DNA of 64,000 bases, from positions 248,001-312,000 of the forward strand of contig CP142728.1 in the NCBI GenBank assembly GCA_036630325.1, in the 5' to 3' direction. Of this stretch, positions 36,701 to 48,220 are shown piece after piece (position 1 is the first letter of the stretch; every line of letters begins with the position of its first letter). The notes beneath the pieces are model-generated. The model did not search any database, was not told the DNA's origin, and worked only from the letters and a program-made list of their open reading frames with translations. This DNA is from Vairimorpha necatrix (taxonomy: Eukaryota). The translations under genes and the position numbers were made by a program.

Positions 36701-38874
36701 AGAGAGAATATTTAAAAGAATCGTACATTATAAAATTAAAAAAACCGAAAGAACAACCAGAAGCTGATATAAATTTAGAGAAAAAAGAAAATCCAATTAT
36801 AAATGAAATCAAATTTGAATCACAAATCCAAGAAAAAAGTAGTTCTAAAGAAGAAATAAAAATTAATGAAAATTTTGAACAGAAAAATACAAAATTGGAA
36901 GATATAAATTTAGAAGAAATGTTAAAATTTGATGAATTAGAAAACAAGTTGTCTGAAAAATATAATTTTAAAAAAGTTGAAAATTTTAAAGATTTAAATT
37001 TATCAAGTAATGATTTTTCAAGTATGAATTTGACAAGTAAACCTGAATATTTCACAAAGTTAGTTAATTATGAAAATGATCAATACAAATTTAACGACAC
37101 GAAACAAACAAATTCTGAGATAAACAAACTAATTGACGAATTTAGAAATCAAGTATCAGAAAATTCGAGGAGATCTGATTCTGGTAGTTTTACTAGTGCG
37201 TATAATTTTTTAAAGCCCAATTTTGATGATACGTTTGATGAGTTTAAAACTACAGAAGATAGTCCTACGAATTTTACATTTGAAGAAAGAAAGAAGATTG
37301 ATATAGAGAAGTTTTTATTAGATGACAGTGAAGAAGATACAAATTATGAATGTAAAACACAAGTATTAGAAGAAAGAGATTTTGATAATCATTTTGACAA
37401 GATTGATTTTATTTCGACTAAAAATAATGAGTCGACATTTAGGAGTTACAAAGATTTAAGTGTGACAGATATGCCAAATTTAGATATTTTCAAAACAAAT
37501 TCTCATCTTGACACGAATTTCAATAGAAACATTTCACCAATAGGATCAAATTTTACAAGCAGTTCGACAAATTTTGCAACTTCGTCATCTTCAGATCAAA
37601 TTAGTCACAAATCAAAGAATATTTTCAGTGTCCCTACAAGTTCCTCCGGGGGAATTTTTAGTAGCCAAACTAATTCGAGCGATAAAAATATTTTTGAAGC
37701 GACAAATCCAATTATGAATTTCTTAGACAGTGACGAGAATGAGTTTATCAAATCCATCTCGTCTTCAAATTCGCTCAGGACTTCGTCTCCGTACAGAATT
37801 GACGCTACGATTTTGCGCTTTCCCGTCAAGACTAAAATCCGCCTGCCGATTTCCAGCAGATCTCACAGTGGAGATTCGGACAAGAGAAAAGGAAAAAGAA
37901 GGAAATTCGAAGAACCGAGTTCTCCTGAATTTTATTCCTCTAAAAAGACGACTTATCAAATACGCCCTCATGACTTAAGTACTAAGAAATTATTTTATGG
38001 CACAATTAACAATGTGTCAATTAAACAAGTCAACAAAGTCATTTTCAAGAATAAGAATAATAGTTTCTTTGACTGGAGACCCAAGACATTTAAAGAGATA
38101 GAAGTTTATATTAATAATGAGAATAAATATAAAAAGATATGTAAAGAGATAGAAAGGGCTTTAGTGTTCGCTCTTTCTTATTCTCAATTTGGATCTAGGA
38201 CATTTAATATTACCAAGAGATTATTTGAGACATTCGAGGCTAAGGTTTATGAGACTTATGTCTTCCCTAAATATTGTCACCCTATGTCTGAACAATTAAG
38301 AAATTATTGTATGGATTTCTTAAATAAGATTTGTCTAAATGAGAGATTTCTCTCATTTATAAGACCAGTGAACATTGACGGCTTAGAAGCCTATGTGGAT
38401 ATTGTGAGATATCCCATGTGCCTGGACATAGTCCAGAAGAAAATGATGAAATATTCCACATTAGAATCTTTTTACGGAGACATAAGACAAATTATTAAGA
38501 ATTGTTGTTATTTCAATCAAAATGACAGTGAAATAGTCCAGAGTGCCAGGAAATTATTAAAGATGACTCAGGAATTTGACAAATTCCTGAGTAAATTAAA
38601 GACAGAAATTAGAAGTGGGGAAGTTATCAAATTATTATTACAGAGATTCGAGGATAGTAATAATTTTATGGAAATTATAAAGAAATTTGATGGGAAATTA
38701 ATTTTGACATTTAAAGATCTTGTCAATGAAGTGAGAAATATAAAAAGCACTAGTATGAGGAAATTTATATCACAGCAAGAATTAATTAATGAAATTGAAA
38801 TATTTGAAGATCATCTTTTTCATGCATTTAATGTTTATGATGGGAAAGTGTACTGTTGGGATATTTACCAATAA
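33754..38874 (+). CDS. TAF2: TFIID subunit 2 with C-terminal bromodomain
   Basis: M1-aminopeptidase-like N-region, PLLWMRLDP, QPDYMF and KFNDNS.N.F.DS.YIA. Bromodomain FIRPVN..YVDIVRYPMCL..NCCYFN. CCCC precedes the ATG. Confidence 0.9.
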   Translation: MIIKKQRNIYYLDTLSNTYKGYIETYISNVDEMLIRYKFAALEITNVSVYKNGELFSEALFTIEFLKDKINDKNLFKNTNSNFLNIRLTEKEKDSEIKIKIDFTSTKENTSLIFYKPFSDEDKHREVVAINKNNDSSGIFPSIDSKQSYKWELIYIYSSFEELQVISPGVLKSFVEEDSLNISSYTVQSSVSGFINFALGTYKRNEIINGEDKKLIFYPLFLDNLKEAIMEVNDDFVNIFKYVEFFIQMPYPLDTLNIMFTLLEIDKINALNTAIYNIAHISTFNDIEPKFLIKRTIAEILCTQIFSYYVYPKDPTDFWIFCGFKGYLEDYCVRLLLGNNEFLFQYKKDKDFVVQNDVYELPLCHEKRDISSMASDFFIKKSKLIFHTLENNLSKAFLEKISHFLLEKKDQIGENFTGDFLSLIKDITGKDMKSFFEFYVFRPGLVKVNFKFTIDPKKNRVDFKITQEATSKMIKNNTKVLGNLTLMSYEVEGSFEHIVNFSNTGHFYYHIRTKKRKKVEEEEDEVMPLLWMRLDPKQEHLIDSSVEQPDYMFIEQALDKNVIGQIDALEELAKNPSIQICEVLERLLENSHVFYKIRIKVMYCLARINIEKFIGFQRLIQFFMKKYFVQSSTIVKPNEFMFVNYFLQKHCVRALSMTDPFIVRSHDERNVSSATVICSFIINILKFNDNSANNFNDSWYIASVIEDLSKPLLALQFQQTFNIPKLENTMKFEEPVKTERKIDFDFDEDSSDDLKEIFREEVDNNFEQEITSKNHLDTDKMKFINEALEEVERYRIMDMIFPSHKNIITESAIYLYGRLSIYGCLGMKKETLVDFTKYPNSYKVRKAAFIILVLLYNDDPEVIKYLLQVIETDNINIKLIILDAWINLLEIRTEHTKSELISYKSEILNLVNICEFDYDFKNKIFEIIDFLDNKDLTSSEYNQKIIEFSKLNYNTQFYIDKVNSGFLSNNLLTIKLKNFLEMKREYLKESYIIKLKKPKEQPEADINLEKKENPIINEIKFESQIQEKSSSKEEIKINENFEQKNTKLEDINLEEMLKFDELENKLSEKYNFKKVENFKDLNLSSNDFSSMNLTSKPEYFTKLVNYENDQYKFNDTKQTNSEINKLIDEFRNQVSENSRRSDSGSFTSAYNFLKPNFDDTFDEFKTTEDSPTNFTFEERKKIDIEKFLLDDSEEDTNYECKTQVLEERDFDNHFDKIDFISTKNNESTFRSYKDLSVTDMPNLDIFKTNSHLDTNFNRNISPIGSNFTSSSTNFATSSSSDQISHKSKNIFSVPTSSSGGIFSSQTNSSDKNIFEATNPIMNFLDSDENEFIKSISSSNSLRTSSPYRIDATILRFPVKTKIRLPISSRSHSGDSDKRKGKRRKFEEPSSPEFYSSKKTTYQIRPHDLSTKKLFYGTINNVSIKQVNKVIFKNKNNSFFDWRPKTFKEIEVYINNENKYKKICKEIERALVFALSYSQFGSRTFNITKRLFETFEAKVYETYVFPKYCHPMSEQLRNYCMDFLNKICLNERFLSFIRPVNIDGLEAYVDIVRYPMCLDIVQKKMMKYSTLESFYGDIRQIIKNCCYFNQNDSEIVQSARKLLKMTQEFDKFLSKLKTEIRSGEVIKLLLQRFEDSNNFMEIIKKFDGKLILTFKDLVNEVRNIKSTSMRKFISQQELINEIEIFEDHLFHAFNVYDGKVYCWDIYQ

Positions 38875-39094
38875 GTAAGCTAAAGAAATTAAGAATTTAA
38901 GCTTTAGATTTTTAATAAATTTAGCAATTCAAGAGGCGGATATAAATACGAAATATTTTTAATAGAAGAACACTTTAAATAATTTAACAATTCTAGAAAT
39001 AAGAATAAGCTTAAAATAAAACATTTTATTTATAATTGTCATATTTGACAATAAAAAAAGATCTTCTTTTTCTTAAATTTCACCCCCTTACACA

Positions 39095-40684
39095 ATGTTA
39101 AAGAAGAAATTTAAAACTGAATTTGATAATGAAGAAGTCAACAATCAACTTAAAAAACTTATAATAGATCAAGATATTATAAATACACAAAAATGTTATT
39201 TATATACCCAATTAAAAATATATAAAGAATTATATGAGAAATTAGAAGTAAAATATAAAGAATTAGAACTGGAAAACAATGAATTATATAAAAAAATAAA
39301 ATTTAATGTACACGATGAAAGAAGTACTAATTTCAGAATAGAAAATATAAATCAAAATGAAAAATCAAATAATATTAATCATAATGAAAGTAAAGATAAA
39401 ATTACAAATAAAAATATAAATAATGAAAATCTAGAAAATTCAGAAATTGATGACTCAATAAATATAAAAAATATTATAAATGAATATAAACAAACAGATG
39501 AAGAATTTTATCCATTAAAAATTAGATCAATTTTATTAGAAAAAGATAAAAAAATTATAGAATTAGAAAATTCTATAATAAAATTGCAAATATTATCAAG
39601 ATCAAAAAATAATAAAAATGAAATAGAATATAATACTGACGAAAATGAAATTATAAATTTAAAAACAAAAGTAGAATATTCACAAATAGAAAAAGAAAGA
39701 TTAATTATAAATTCAAATAATAAAATTATGGAAACAAGAATTAAATATGAAGAATTTATGAAAAAATATAATGAAATAAATGAAAAATATCATAATGCTT
39801 TATTAGATATGGAAAATTTAAGAAATAAAATAAAAGAAAAAGAAATAATTAAAAATGAACAAATAGAAAAAATAAAAAATCAGACTGAAAATATAAAAAA
39901 TGAAAATGAGAAATTTATGCAAAATATTAATTTTATAGTAAAATATTTTTTTAGTATGCAGAGTTTGTTTGTTGAAACAAACAAACTCAATACAAATTTA
40001 CTAGATAAATTAAAAAAATATAAAATTTTTGAAAATAAAAAAAATTACAAAACAGGCGAAGAATTTTACGATGAAGAAATTAATAATTTATTAGAAGTAT
40101 GTGATTCCTTAACAAATGAGAATAAAATTTTAGAAGAAAAAATTAATAATTTAAATAAACAAGTAATAAATTTTGAATTAGAAAAATCAAAATATATTCA
40201 AGAATTAGAAATTTGTAATAATAAGTTGAAATCAAATAGTTCTTTAAAATATATTGAAGATTTATCAAAACAAAAAAAAATTATTTTAAATTTATCTCAA
40301 GAAATTAAAATTTCCACAGAAGAAAAAAATAAATTAATAAGATTAAATGTAGAAAGAATAAAATTAATAGATAAATATAAAGATGAATTAAAAATTAAGA
40401 ATATTGAGAATGTATGTTTAAATACTAAGAATGAAGATATTTATAAAATGTTACATGATATTAAAGAAGATATTTTTATTAGACTTAATAATCCGAATAA
40501 AGAAGTAAAGAGTTTTATAATTTGTAATTTGTGTGATAATAATCCGAAGAATGTGGCTATAATTTCGTGTATGCACACATTTTGTGAAGAGTGCATAAAT
40601 TTAAGGATTAAATTGAGAGATAGAAAATGTCCAACTTGTGGAATATCTTTTAATGTTAGTGATGTAAAAAAATTATATTTGTAA
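39095..40684 (+). CDS. BRE1: BRE1-like H2B E3 ubiquitin ligase
   Basis: Long coiled coil and a terminal C3HC4 RING, CNLC..CMHTFCEEC..RDRKCPTCGISF..DVKKLYL. CCCCC lies upstream. Confidence 0.82.
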   Translation: MLKKKFKTEFDNEEVNNQLKKLIIDQDIINTQKCYLYTQLKIYKELYEKLEVKYKELELENNELYKKIKFNVHDERSTNFRIENINQNEKSNNINHNESKDKITNKNINNENLENSEIDDSINIKNIINEYKQTDEEFYPLKIRSILLEKDKKIIELENSIIKLQILSRSKNNKNEIEYNTDENEIINLKTKVEYSQIEKERLIINSNNKIMETRIKYEEFMKKYNEINEKYHNALLDMENLRNKIKEKEIIKNEQIEKIKNQTENIKNENEKFMQNINFIVKYFFSMQSLFVETNKLNTNLLDKLKKYKIFENKKNYKTGEEFYDEEINNLLEVCDSLTNENKILEEKINNLNKQVINFELEKSKYIQELEICNNKLKSNSSLKYIEDLSKQKKIILNLSQEIKISTEEKNKLIRLNVERIKLIDKYKDELKIKNIENVCLNTKNEDIYKMLHDIKEDIFIRLNNPNKEVKSFIICNLCDNNPKNVAIISCMHTFCEECINLRIKLRDRKCPTCGISFNVSDVKKLYL

Positions 40685-40729
40685 GCAAAAAATAAAGTGA
40701 ATTTTAAAAAGAAAATCTTCTTTATGTAT

Positions 40730-40940
40730 TTAAAAATAAGTTATTAAACATGCATTAAAATTAAGTTTTTATTTATGCTATAAAAATAAGTTTTTAATTA
40801 TGCATTTAAAAATAAGTTTTTGATTATGCATTTAAAAATAAGTTTTTGATTATGCATTTTATAAATTTTGTTTAGTATTTTAAACATGCATATAATTATT
40901 AAGTTTTTGATTATGCATTTTATAAACTAAGTTTTTATTT
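40730..40940. repeat. Degenerate ~27-bp tandem repeat (AAAATAAGTTTTTGATTATGCATTT)
   Basis: About six imperfect consecutive units between the convergent BRE1 and 41163-41666 genes. Confidence 0.8.
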
Positions 40941-41162
40941 TAGATATAACTCTGTTTTATACTCTCATAATAAAAATTTTGAATTTTTTATGCATAATAT
41001 TTTTCTGCATAAAATCATGCATTTTTATTTAAGTTTGTTTGTTAATACAAACAGATTCATATTTAATAATTTTAAGTTTATTTTGCATAATGATTTAATA
41101 ATGCATAATTTTATTAAATTATTCATATAATGATAAATTAAAAATATATTTACTTAGAGATT

Positions 41163-41666
41163 TTATTGTTTTATAATCTTAAAATTCCCTTTTTTTATAG
41201 TCTCAATATTCACTCTATTTCTCTTTCCGTCTTTTGTTTTTATTACAATGTCCGCTGTGTCTACACAGGCTATTATTCCATTGTATTCTTCCTTGTCTAT
41301 TTTTATTATAACTTTGTCGTGTTTAATAAATTTCTCAGAATTTACGTACAAAGAAGAGTCAAGAATTCTCACCATCAGGCCGCCGTCGTCATAAATTTCA
41401 TTAAGATCTTGGACTTTCTCATGATCTTCCAGTTTTATGGAATTAGAGAAGTTTAAATTGTTGCTTTTTCTTTTCTTAAGATATTCTTCGTAATATGAAT
41501 TATATCCTCCAGTAAATGACGAGGAGTTATTATCAAAGTGTGTCTCCGAGTTATTAATGTATATTGTGTACTTCTTTAGTACTTTAACTCTATTTAGTTT
41601 CTTCTCGATGTCTTCGTTAAGAATGTCTGAATATGTTATAGTATCCTTACTGTCGTATACAACCAT
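41163..41666 (-). CDS. Hypothetical protein (167 aa), possible C-terminal SH3/Sm-like beta barrel
   Basis: ATCCCT precedes the ATG. Beta-strand pattern DKVIIKID..YNGIIACVD..DIVIKTKDGKRNRV. Confidence 0.75.
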   Translation of the reverse strand: MVVYDSKDTITYSDILNEDIEKKLNRVKVLKKYTIYINNSETHFDNNSSSFTGGYNSYYEEYLKKRKSNNLNFSNSIKLEDHEKVQDLNEIYDDGGLMVRILDSSLYVNSEKFIKHDKVIIKIDKEEYNGIIACVDTADIVIKTKDGKRNRVNIETIKKGNFKIIKQ

Positions 41667-41717
41667 AGGGATAAGATAAATAGAAAACTAGTCATATTTA
41701 TTAATTAGAAAAAAGAT

Positions 41718-41846
41718 ATTTATAAGAACTAATTATATTATTTAGCATAATAAATTTATAAGAACAAACAAATTTATAAGAACAAACAAATTATATTTAG
41801 CATAAACAAATTTATAAGAACAAACAAATTATATTATTTAGCATAA
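41718..41846. repeat. Short tandem repeats (TTTATAAGAACAAACAAA / TTATATTATTTAGCATAA)
   Basis: Two interleaved units each recur three to four times. Confidence 0.75.
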
Positions 41847-41903
41847 AACAATGAAATGTAAAGGCACAATCTTAATTTCAAAATATATTGAAAGATAATT
41901 AAT

Positions 41904-42515
41904 CTACATTTTATTGATGCTCTCATTGACAATATCGTCAATTTCAGAATCAGGATACACTTTTCTAGAATCAATTTGATTTTTAATTTTAATTAAAAAT
42001 TCACTAAAATCATATTCTAAATATTTTAGTATAAATTTTTTATAAAAGATAAAATTTACTAATAATTGATTTCCACTAGATCCATATTTCTCGACTTTAT
42101 TTATGAAAATATCTTCAAATTCCTTGATTAAGAGTTTGTTGTATAAAAAAACAAACTCTTTATAATTAATTAATGAATTCTTTATATCTTCTATAATTCT
42201 GAAAATCCATTTTTCAGGTTTATAAATATATTTAACATCTTTAGAATAATCACTTGTAATCAAATCAAGGACTAGTGCTCTTGTCTGTATAGCCTTGTGT
42301 CTCATGAGATCTTCTTTTTTAGAATTGAAAATTTGAAGATCAAAATCTTGTAAAATATGAAAAAGTTCAAGTTTATTTTTGTCTACTGATTTTTCATTGA
42401 AAATATTTTTTATAGATTCGTCTATAAAAAATTTCACTAAGATTTTCTGTTCTTCAGTGTCAAATTTACTTTTTAAAGAATTTAATTTTGAAAGTAAAAT
42501 TTCTTTCTTAGGCAT
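41904..42515 (-). CDS. Hypothetical helical protein (203 aa), weakly Vps51/CATCHR C-terminus-like
   Basis: Start reassigned to MPKKEILL after TTCCCTTTG, which removes the overlap with eIF5[12 protein letters not shown] resembles a Vps51 C-terminal motif (tentative). Confidence 0.7.
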   Translation of the reverse strand: MPKKEILLSKLNSLKSKFDTEEQKILVKFFIDESIKNIFNEKSVDKNKLELFHILQDFDLQIFNSKKEDLMRHKAIQTRALVLDLITSDYSKDVKYIYKPEKWIFRIIEDIKNSLINYKEFVFLYNKLLIKEFEDIFINKVEKYGSSGNQLLVNFIFYKKFILKYLEYDFSEFLIKIKNQIDSRKVYPDSEIDDIVNESINKM

Positions 42516-42564
42516 CAAAGGGAATAAAAAAAGGAAGATTTTTTTGCATTTTTTTACTACCCAA
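42516..42564. promoter_or_regulatory. 49-bp bidirectional promoter
   Basis: Divergent ATGs at 42515 (-) and 42565 (+), each preceded by an A/T tract plus CCC on its own strand. Confidence 0.7.
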
Positions 42565-44874
42565 ATGGCTAGTAAAAAAAATAAGAAAAAAGATGATTTC
42601 ATGAAAATATTAGAAGAAGAATCTAAAAACACAACCAAGAAACCTGAGGAAAGTAGAGATAAAGCTAATAAAAGTGAAGAGAATGATCAAATTAATAGTA
42701 AGAAAATTAATAGTAAGAAAAATGAAGAAACTAATGGCAAGAAAATTGAAGAAACTAATGACAAGAAAATTGAAGATAATAAGAAAATAACAGATAACAA
42801 AAATCTACCAAGAGGAATGAAAAAAGGGAAAATGTCAATAGCAGACATAAAAAAAATGATGCAGGAAAATGAAAAAAAGAAAAAAGAAGAAGCAGAAAAA
42901 AAACAAAAAGAAGAAGAAAAAAGACAAAAACAAGAAGCAGAAAGAAAGAAACAAGAAGAAGAAAGAAGAAAATTAGAAGAAGAAAGAAAGAAATTAGAAG
43001 AAGAAAAGAGACAAAAAGAAGAAGAAAATAAAAAACTAGAAAGAACAGTAAGCGGATTATTAATAAATCAAAATAAAAAGAAAGAAATCAAGAAAAAAAC
43101 AGAAGTAAAAATAAGTTCAAAGCATAAAAGTCCAATTTGCTGCATTTTGGGACATGTGGACACAGGGAAGACTAAATTATTAGACAAATTAAGGGAAAGC
43201 AATGTACAAGAAAAAGAAGCAGGAGGAATTACTCAGCAAATAGGAGCCACATTCTTTCCAGCACAAGAATTATACAAAAAATGTGGTAAACAGACGGGCG
43301 ACCTACCGGGGATTTTAATAATCGACACTCCCGGCCATGAGTCCTTTACAAATTTAAGATCCAGAGGATCATCAATTTGCAATTTGGCCATTTTAGTGGT
43401 CGATATTTTACACGGCCTGGAGCCTCAGACTCTGGAAAGTATCGAATTATTAAAATCCAGAAAGACTCCGTTTATTGTCGCACTTAATAAAATCGACAGA
43501 TTGTACGGGTGGAATTCTAAAAATTACAGATATTTCCAAGAAAGCTACGACTCTCAAAGCGAGCAAACAAAAAAAGAATTTAAAAATTATTTAGATTTTA
43601 CAAAAGTCAAATTCGCCGAGATCGGCTTAAATGCTGCACTTTACTCTGAAAACCCAAATGACAAGAAATTTATTTCTCTTGTCCCTACCTCCGCCATTTC
43701 AGGCGAAGGAATCCCAGATTTGGTATCTTTAATCTTAGAATTAAGCGAGAAATATATGAAAAATAAAATGATAATTACTGAAGAAGTGGAATGTACAATT
43801 CTAGAAGTGAAAAATACAGAAGGATTTGGTGTCACTTTAGATGTAATTTTAAGTAATGGCGAATTTAGTATAGGTGACAAAATAGGATTTAGTAGTACAG
43901 AAGGGCCAATTATTACGACAATAAGGACATTATTTTTACCACAAGCTTTAAAAGAATTGAGAGTTAAAAGCCAATACAAACAAGTTAAGTTTGTTAGAGC
44001 AAGTTTAGGTGTAAAAATTTACGCTAATAGTTGTGAATCTGCGATTGCGGGAAGTCGAGTCTATAAAGTGACTGACAATGAAGAAGAAGTAAGACAGAAA
44101 TTAGAGAAAGATTTCCAGTCAGTTATGTCTTCTATAGAACTAAATGATAAAGGTGTTCATGTAGTGGCCAGTACTCTCGGATCACTAGAAGCACTTTTAT
44201 CTTTTTTAAAGAAAAGTGAAGTGAACGTATCAGCAGTGAGTATTGGAAATATAAAAAAGAAAGACATATTAATTTTAGCCTCAAATCAAGAGAAGAATAA
44301 CGAGTACACGGCCGTTTTATGTTTTGATATTTTATTAGACAAAGATATCAAAGAACTCGCCAATAATTTACATGTAAAAATTTTCGAGGCGAAAATTATT
44401 TACCATTTATTAGATCAATACACGAAATATATAAATTTTATGAAAAATAAAGACAAAGAAAGTCATTTTAATGAAGCAATTTTCCCTGTGAAATTGAGTA
44501 TAGTACAAAATTGTATTTTTACTAAAAGATCGCCACTCATTTTAGGAGTGAATATTGAACAAGGTACTTTGAAAATTAATACTCCGCTTTGCATTTTTAA
44601 AGATGATGAAGTTTTAAAAATGGGCAAAGTGGTTTCTATAGAAAATAATAAGAAAGAGGTTAATAAGGCGACGAAAGGACAAAAAGTCGCGATAAAAATA
44701 GAGAATTCGGATTCTCCTAAAATGTATGGAAGACATTTTAATGAAGAAAGTGTTTTTTATTCTATTGTGACGAGGAAGAGTATAGATCTTTTAAAACAAG
44801 TTTATAGGGATGAATTAGATGAGGAACATTTGCAGCTTCTTGTTCAACTTAAAGATAAATTTGACATAATTTAG
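42565..44874 (+). CDS. eIF5B: Eukaryotic translation initiation factor 5B
   Basis: K/E-rich N-terminus, [42 protein letters not shown] and [10 protein letters not shown]. The ATG follows CCCAA. Confidence 0.97.
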   Translation: MASKKNKKKDDFMKILEEESKNTTKKPEESRDKANKSEENDQINSKKINSKKNEETNGKKIEETNDKKIEDNKKITDNKNLPRGMKKGKMSIADIKKMMQENEKKKKEEAEKKQKEEEKRQKQEAERKKQEEERRKLEEERKKLEEEKRQKEEENKKLERTVSGLLINQNKKKEIKKKTEVKISSKHKSPICCILGHVDTGKTKLLDKLRESNVQEKEAGGITQQIGATFFPAQELYKKCGKQTGDLPGILIIDTPGHESFTNLRSRGSSICNLAILVVDILHGLEPQTLESIELLKSRKTPFIVALNKIDRLYGWNSKNYRYFQESYDSQSEQTKKEFKNYLDFTKVKFAEIGLNAALYSENPNDKKFISLVPTSAISGEGIPDLVSLILELSEKYMKNKMIITEEVECTILEVKNTEGFGVTLDVILSNGEFSIGDKIGFSSTEGPIITTIRTLFLPQALKELRVKSQYKQVKFVRASLGVKIYANSCESAIAGSRVYKVTDNEEEVRQKLEKDFQSVMSSIELNDKGVHVVASTLGSLEALLSFLKKSEVNVSAVSIGNIKKKDILILASNQEKNNEYTAVLCFDILLDKDIKELANNLHVKIFEAKIIYHLLDQYTKYINFMKNKDKESHFNEAIFPVKLSIVQNCIFTKRSPLILGVNIEQGTLKINTPLCIFKDDEVLKMGKVVSIENNKKEVNKATKGQKVAIKIENSDSPKMYGRHFNEESVFYSIVTRKSIDLLKQVYRDELDEEHLQLLVQLKDKFDII

Positions 44875-45242
44875 AAAATAAAAAATTTAATTTTATAGTA
44901 AACAATTTATTATATCCTAGTTTTTATCGATTTAATTTCGGCGTCATCATATTTTTAAACAAAAGATTCCCTTCCGGCAGAAAAATACCATAAAAAACAT
45001 CATAATAGAGAATGAAAGAAAATTTGCTCTTTATTTTTATCAAATTAAATTTTACTGTATTTGTTCCCTTTGTGCATTATTCAAAATTTGGCAAGCATGT
45101 CAAATAATTTTCAACCTTCTTATCGTGATATTAAATGTACCTGTAATAATAAAACACAATATAAATTTTCATAACAGCTATTTATTTGCGATTTGACTTT
45201 ATAATTTTATCTCTGCTTTTTCTCTTTTTCTTTACCCCCAAA

Positions 45243-45692
45243 ATGCATTTGACGAAGAGAAGATTTACATTTTGCTTTAGCGCTCTCTTTAACCCGACTC
45301 TTATTCTTTTAGGCTTAATCTTTCTCTGCTCGCTACTTGTAGAAAAGCCTCCTGCTCAATCTGATATCATAATCAAAGAGATAAAAGCCAGTGGGCTTAA
45401 GAGAGGTATAAAGTTTAATCCCAGAATAGATCTTACTGATCAATTCAACTTCAATGTTAAAATAATATTCCTCTATGTAAGAATTAATTACCAGACTGGT
45501 AGTCAAGAAATGATCTGGTCACGAATTATCAGAAGAGAAGATGCGAAAATTATAAACGAGACATTAAAAAATATTTATGATATAAGAGGAGAAGTAGGGA
45601 CAGAAGTGGAAATAGAAGTTAGAGGGTGTGTTACACCATTTGTGGGACTTATAAGAGATAAATCTTATGGAACTATAAAATGTGTAATCTAA
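45243..45692 (+). CDS. SPC3: Signal peptidase complex subunit SPC3/SPC22
   Basis: MH start, an N-terminal TM segment, DLTDQFNFNVKIIFLYV and MIWSRII. The ATG follows CCCCC. Confidence 0.8.
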   Translation: MHLTKRRFTFCFSALFNPTLILLGLIFLCSLLVEKPPAQSDIIIKEIKASGLKRGIKFNPRIDLTDQFNFNVKIIFLYVRINYQTGSQEMIWSRIIRREDAKIINETLKNIYDIRGEVGTEVEIEVRGCVTPFVGLIRDKSYGTIKCVI

Positions 45693-45849
45693 ATAAAAAT
45701 ATTTTATTTTTTACTTGTGTAAAATAAAGACCTCTTTGGGAAGAAGACAAAATTACAGATATTTATTCCGTATATATAAAAATTTATGTAACAAATTTGT
45801 GTTTTCTTGATAATATTATAATTAGTTTGATTTATAATAATCAAATGCA

Positions 45850-46105
45850 TCAAACCAAAGAGATACGTCTAATTTTAAGATGCAACTTAAGCCAAGAAAA
45901 AATGTATGTAAAATATTATACCTTTGTACGAAAAGTACTATAAAAGTGAGGGGCCTTAGATGATGGATTCATTACTAGCTAAACTAAAGGACTAGACGAA
46001 GCAAAGCAATGGGGTGTGTGAACTTAAACTACTAGTTTCTGCCCAAACTACGCGAAGCTTGTGATGACAAGAACCTAATACGGGGTTGGTGATGTGAGTG
46101 AGTCA
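45850..46105 (+). repeat. Internal fragment (copy E) of the tRNA-headed retroposon
   Basis: Matches agctaaactaaagggactagacgaagcaaagcaat, gcgaagcttgtg and cggggttggtgatgtg in the same order as copies A and B. Confidence 0.6.
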
Positions 46106-47449
46106 AAATTATTGAGCTTGTACAATGATTCTCTCTATAATTGATTTGTATCGGCTATTAGTCATTCTAAATACCCACAGAAACCAATTCTCTGCCTCAA
46201 AGTTCAAAATTAATATGGTATACGCATTTTGGGTTCAATGAACCCCATCCCCATACACAGCGAAAAATTAAAACATATCGCTAGAATTTTAACTTTTATA
46301 TGTTTAATTCATTGTGTAAATTTTTTTGTCTTTCGTCGATCAATTTAAAAATTGTTAAAGAAAATATTATTGTCTTATCAAATACGTCCATTATAGAGAC
46401 ATTATTGGCTAATATTCGAGCTTCCACGAAAACTAATTTTGTTTTATTTTAAATCTAATGTGTAATTCCTTTTTTTTGACTACTAATTACGTAAAAATTT
46501 GAGCACAACCGACTTTTGACATTCTTTTATATGTCTTCAATTTCGAGCCTTATTCTTTGATGCTTTGTCTCTGTCTAGCAGATATACTTATAGAAAATTT
46601 CATCCAGATCTCTATCTTGTCCATATAACTGTTACCCTAATGAAAACTATGTCTTTTACATTTCTTGTAGTATTTAGACACAACTCTTCTCATTTATTAC
46701 ATTAGAATTGTCGTCTCTTACAAATATTAGTAGAAATAATATGCGTTGTTCAATGTAACATAAGATTTAAATTTATATATTGACTGTTAAAGATCACATC
46801 AGCTTATCATCTATATTTCGATAAGTTTTAAGTTTTTTATATATAGAACAAAATATTGTTAATTTATGACAATAATAAACAGTTATGTCTTTTTCGTGAT
46901 CCATTATTCAGTATTTTGGTTTATAAATCATAATTATATATGTTAGGACTAATTAAATTATCATTAAAAACATTCTCATGCTCAAAGTTTAATTTACTTT
47001 TTTTGACAACCAATTAAATTTTTTTATAATGCAACTAAACGGAAGCTTTCCCGTCAACAATAAAAATAAAAGTACTATATGATCGAAACTTTAATATTAT
47101 TGTGTTTCATACCAAGCCTATATCCGAAAAAGAGCTTCAAGAATAGCGGGGACATCTCGCTGTCATATTAAAGAAAGAGACCCAGAGAGGCTGCCATGAT
47201 CAACTTTATACTTTTATAGTGATATTCTAAGCTATACTAAAGCAACCAAGAATTTTTTAAACATAAGATATTATTTTTTTTTAATTTTTCACTGTGAAAC
47301 ACGAAATTTACTTAAAACCATTTTTAAATATCATCAAAAGTCATTTCAAAAAAGTTAACCTTCTACATTTGTGGTAAAAAACCAAAATTTTTTATAGCGA
47401 TGAGACATCATTATAAAACTGGAATATTTTTTTATTTTTTAGCCCAATA

Positions 47450-47983
47450 ATGATAATAATTCTGCTGATTAAGTATCATGTTTGTTCATATGCAACACAT
47501 TACGATAGTGAGCATGCTATAGTCAAACCAAAAACGACAAAACAACACAAAGAAAAATTGTGTAATGTTCACACACATACATCTCAAGAAAAAAATATCG
47601 AAGAATCCAAAAAAATAAAAAAAAATTTAGATAGAAGGGAATTAGAAACTAAATACTGTTGTATAGACTTAGAAGAAAATCAAAGTCCTAATAATAAAAG
47701 GAAATCTTGCGCAAATATTTGCTATAAAATTTTTAAAAAGTTTTTATACTACGACGTAGTGCGTATACTAATGCTACTCATATGTTTTTATAATTTTGGT
47801 GAATTGGGATATTGGTTGATAATGCTACTTATATTTATAGCAGATTATTACAAGTTTATAATTAAGTTCTTTAAGAAAATAAAAATATTTAGCCGCAAAA
47901 AGACAAACAATGAAGATTTTAATGTTGAAAAGACTTCTTTAGTGGATACAAATACAACAAGAAATGACGATAGTTTAGTTTAA
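47450..47983 (+). CDS. Hypothetical membrane protein with signal peptide and two hydrophobic segments
   Basis: GCCCAATA precedes the ATG. Start MIIILLIKYHVCS; hydrophobic segments VVRILMLLICFY and YWLIMLLIFIA. Confidence 0.7.
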   Translation: MIIILLIKYHVCSYATHYDSEHAIVKPKTTKQHKEKLCNVHTHTSQEKNIEESKKIKKNLDRRELETKYCCIDLEENQSPNNKRKSCANICYKIFKKFLYYDVVRILMLLICFYNFGELGYWLIMLLIFIADYYKFIIKFFKKIKIFSRKKTNNEDFNVEKTSLVDTNTTRNDDSLV

Positions 47984-48220
47984 AAGAAAATTATGGGAAT
48001 GCTGAAATAATACGCTAACGTGGAAAAGTCCACTCATAAAAGAATATAAGAAAAAAACGATCATCTTAAATACAATTAGAAATTTAAAGATTCAATTTTT
48101 AAACTTTACTTGCCCAATTAACTCTAGTAGATAAAAGTTCACTTTATTGGATCTACTGTTAAAACTTAAAAATATTATTAAATTCATTCCAATATGATAT
48201 AAAATATTTAAAAAGATAAT

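Noticed and set aside
42379-42638. Apparent overlap of eIF5B and the minus-strand ORF
   Set aside because: Artefact of non-ATG upstream starts. The CCC-preceded ATGs at 42515 and 42565 do not overlap.
14048-44000. Numerous short antisense or overlapping ORFs in the ORF track
   Set aside because: They are shadows of real genes on the opposite strand (S/F/L-rich), with no motifs or CCC starts.
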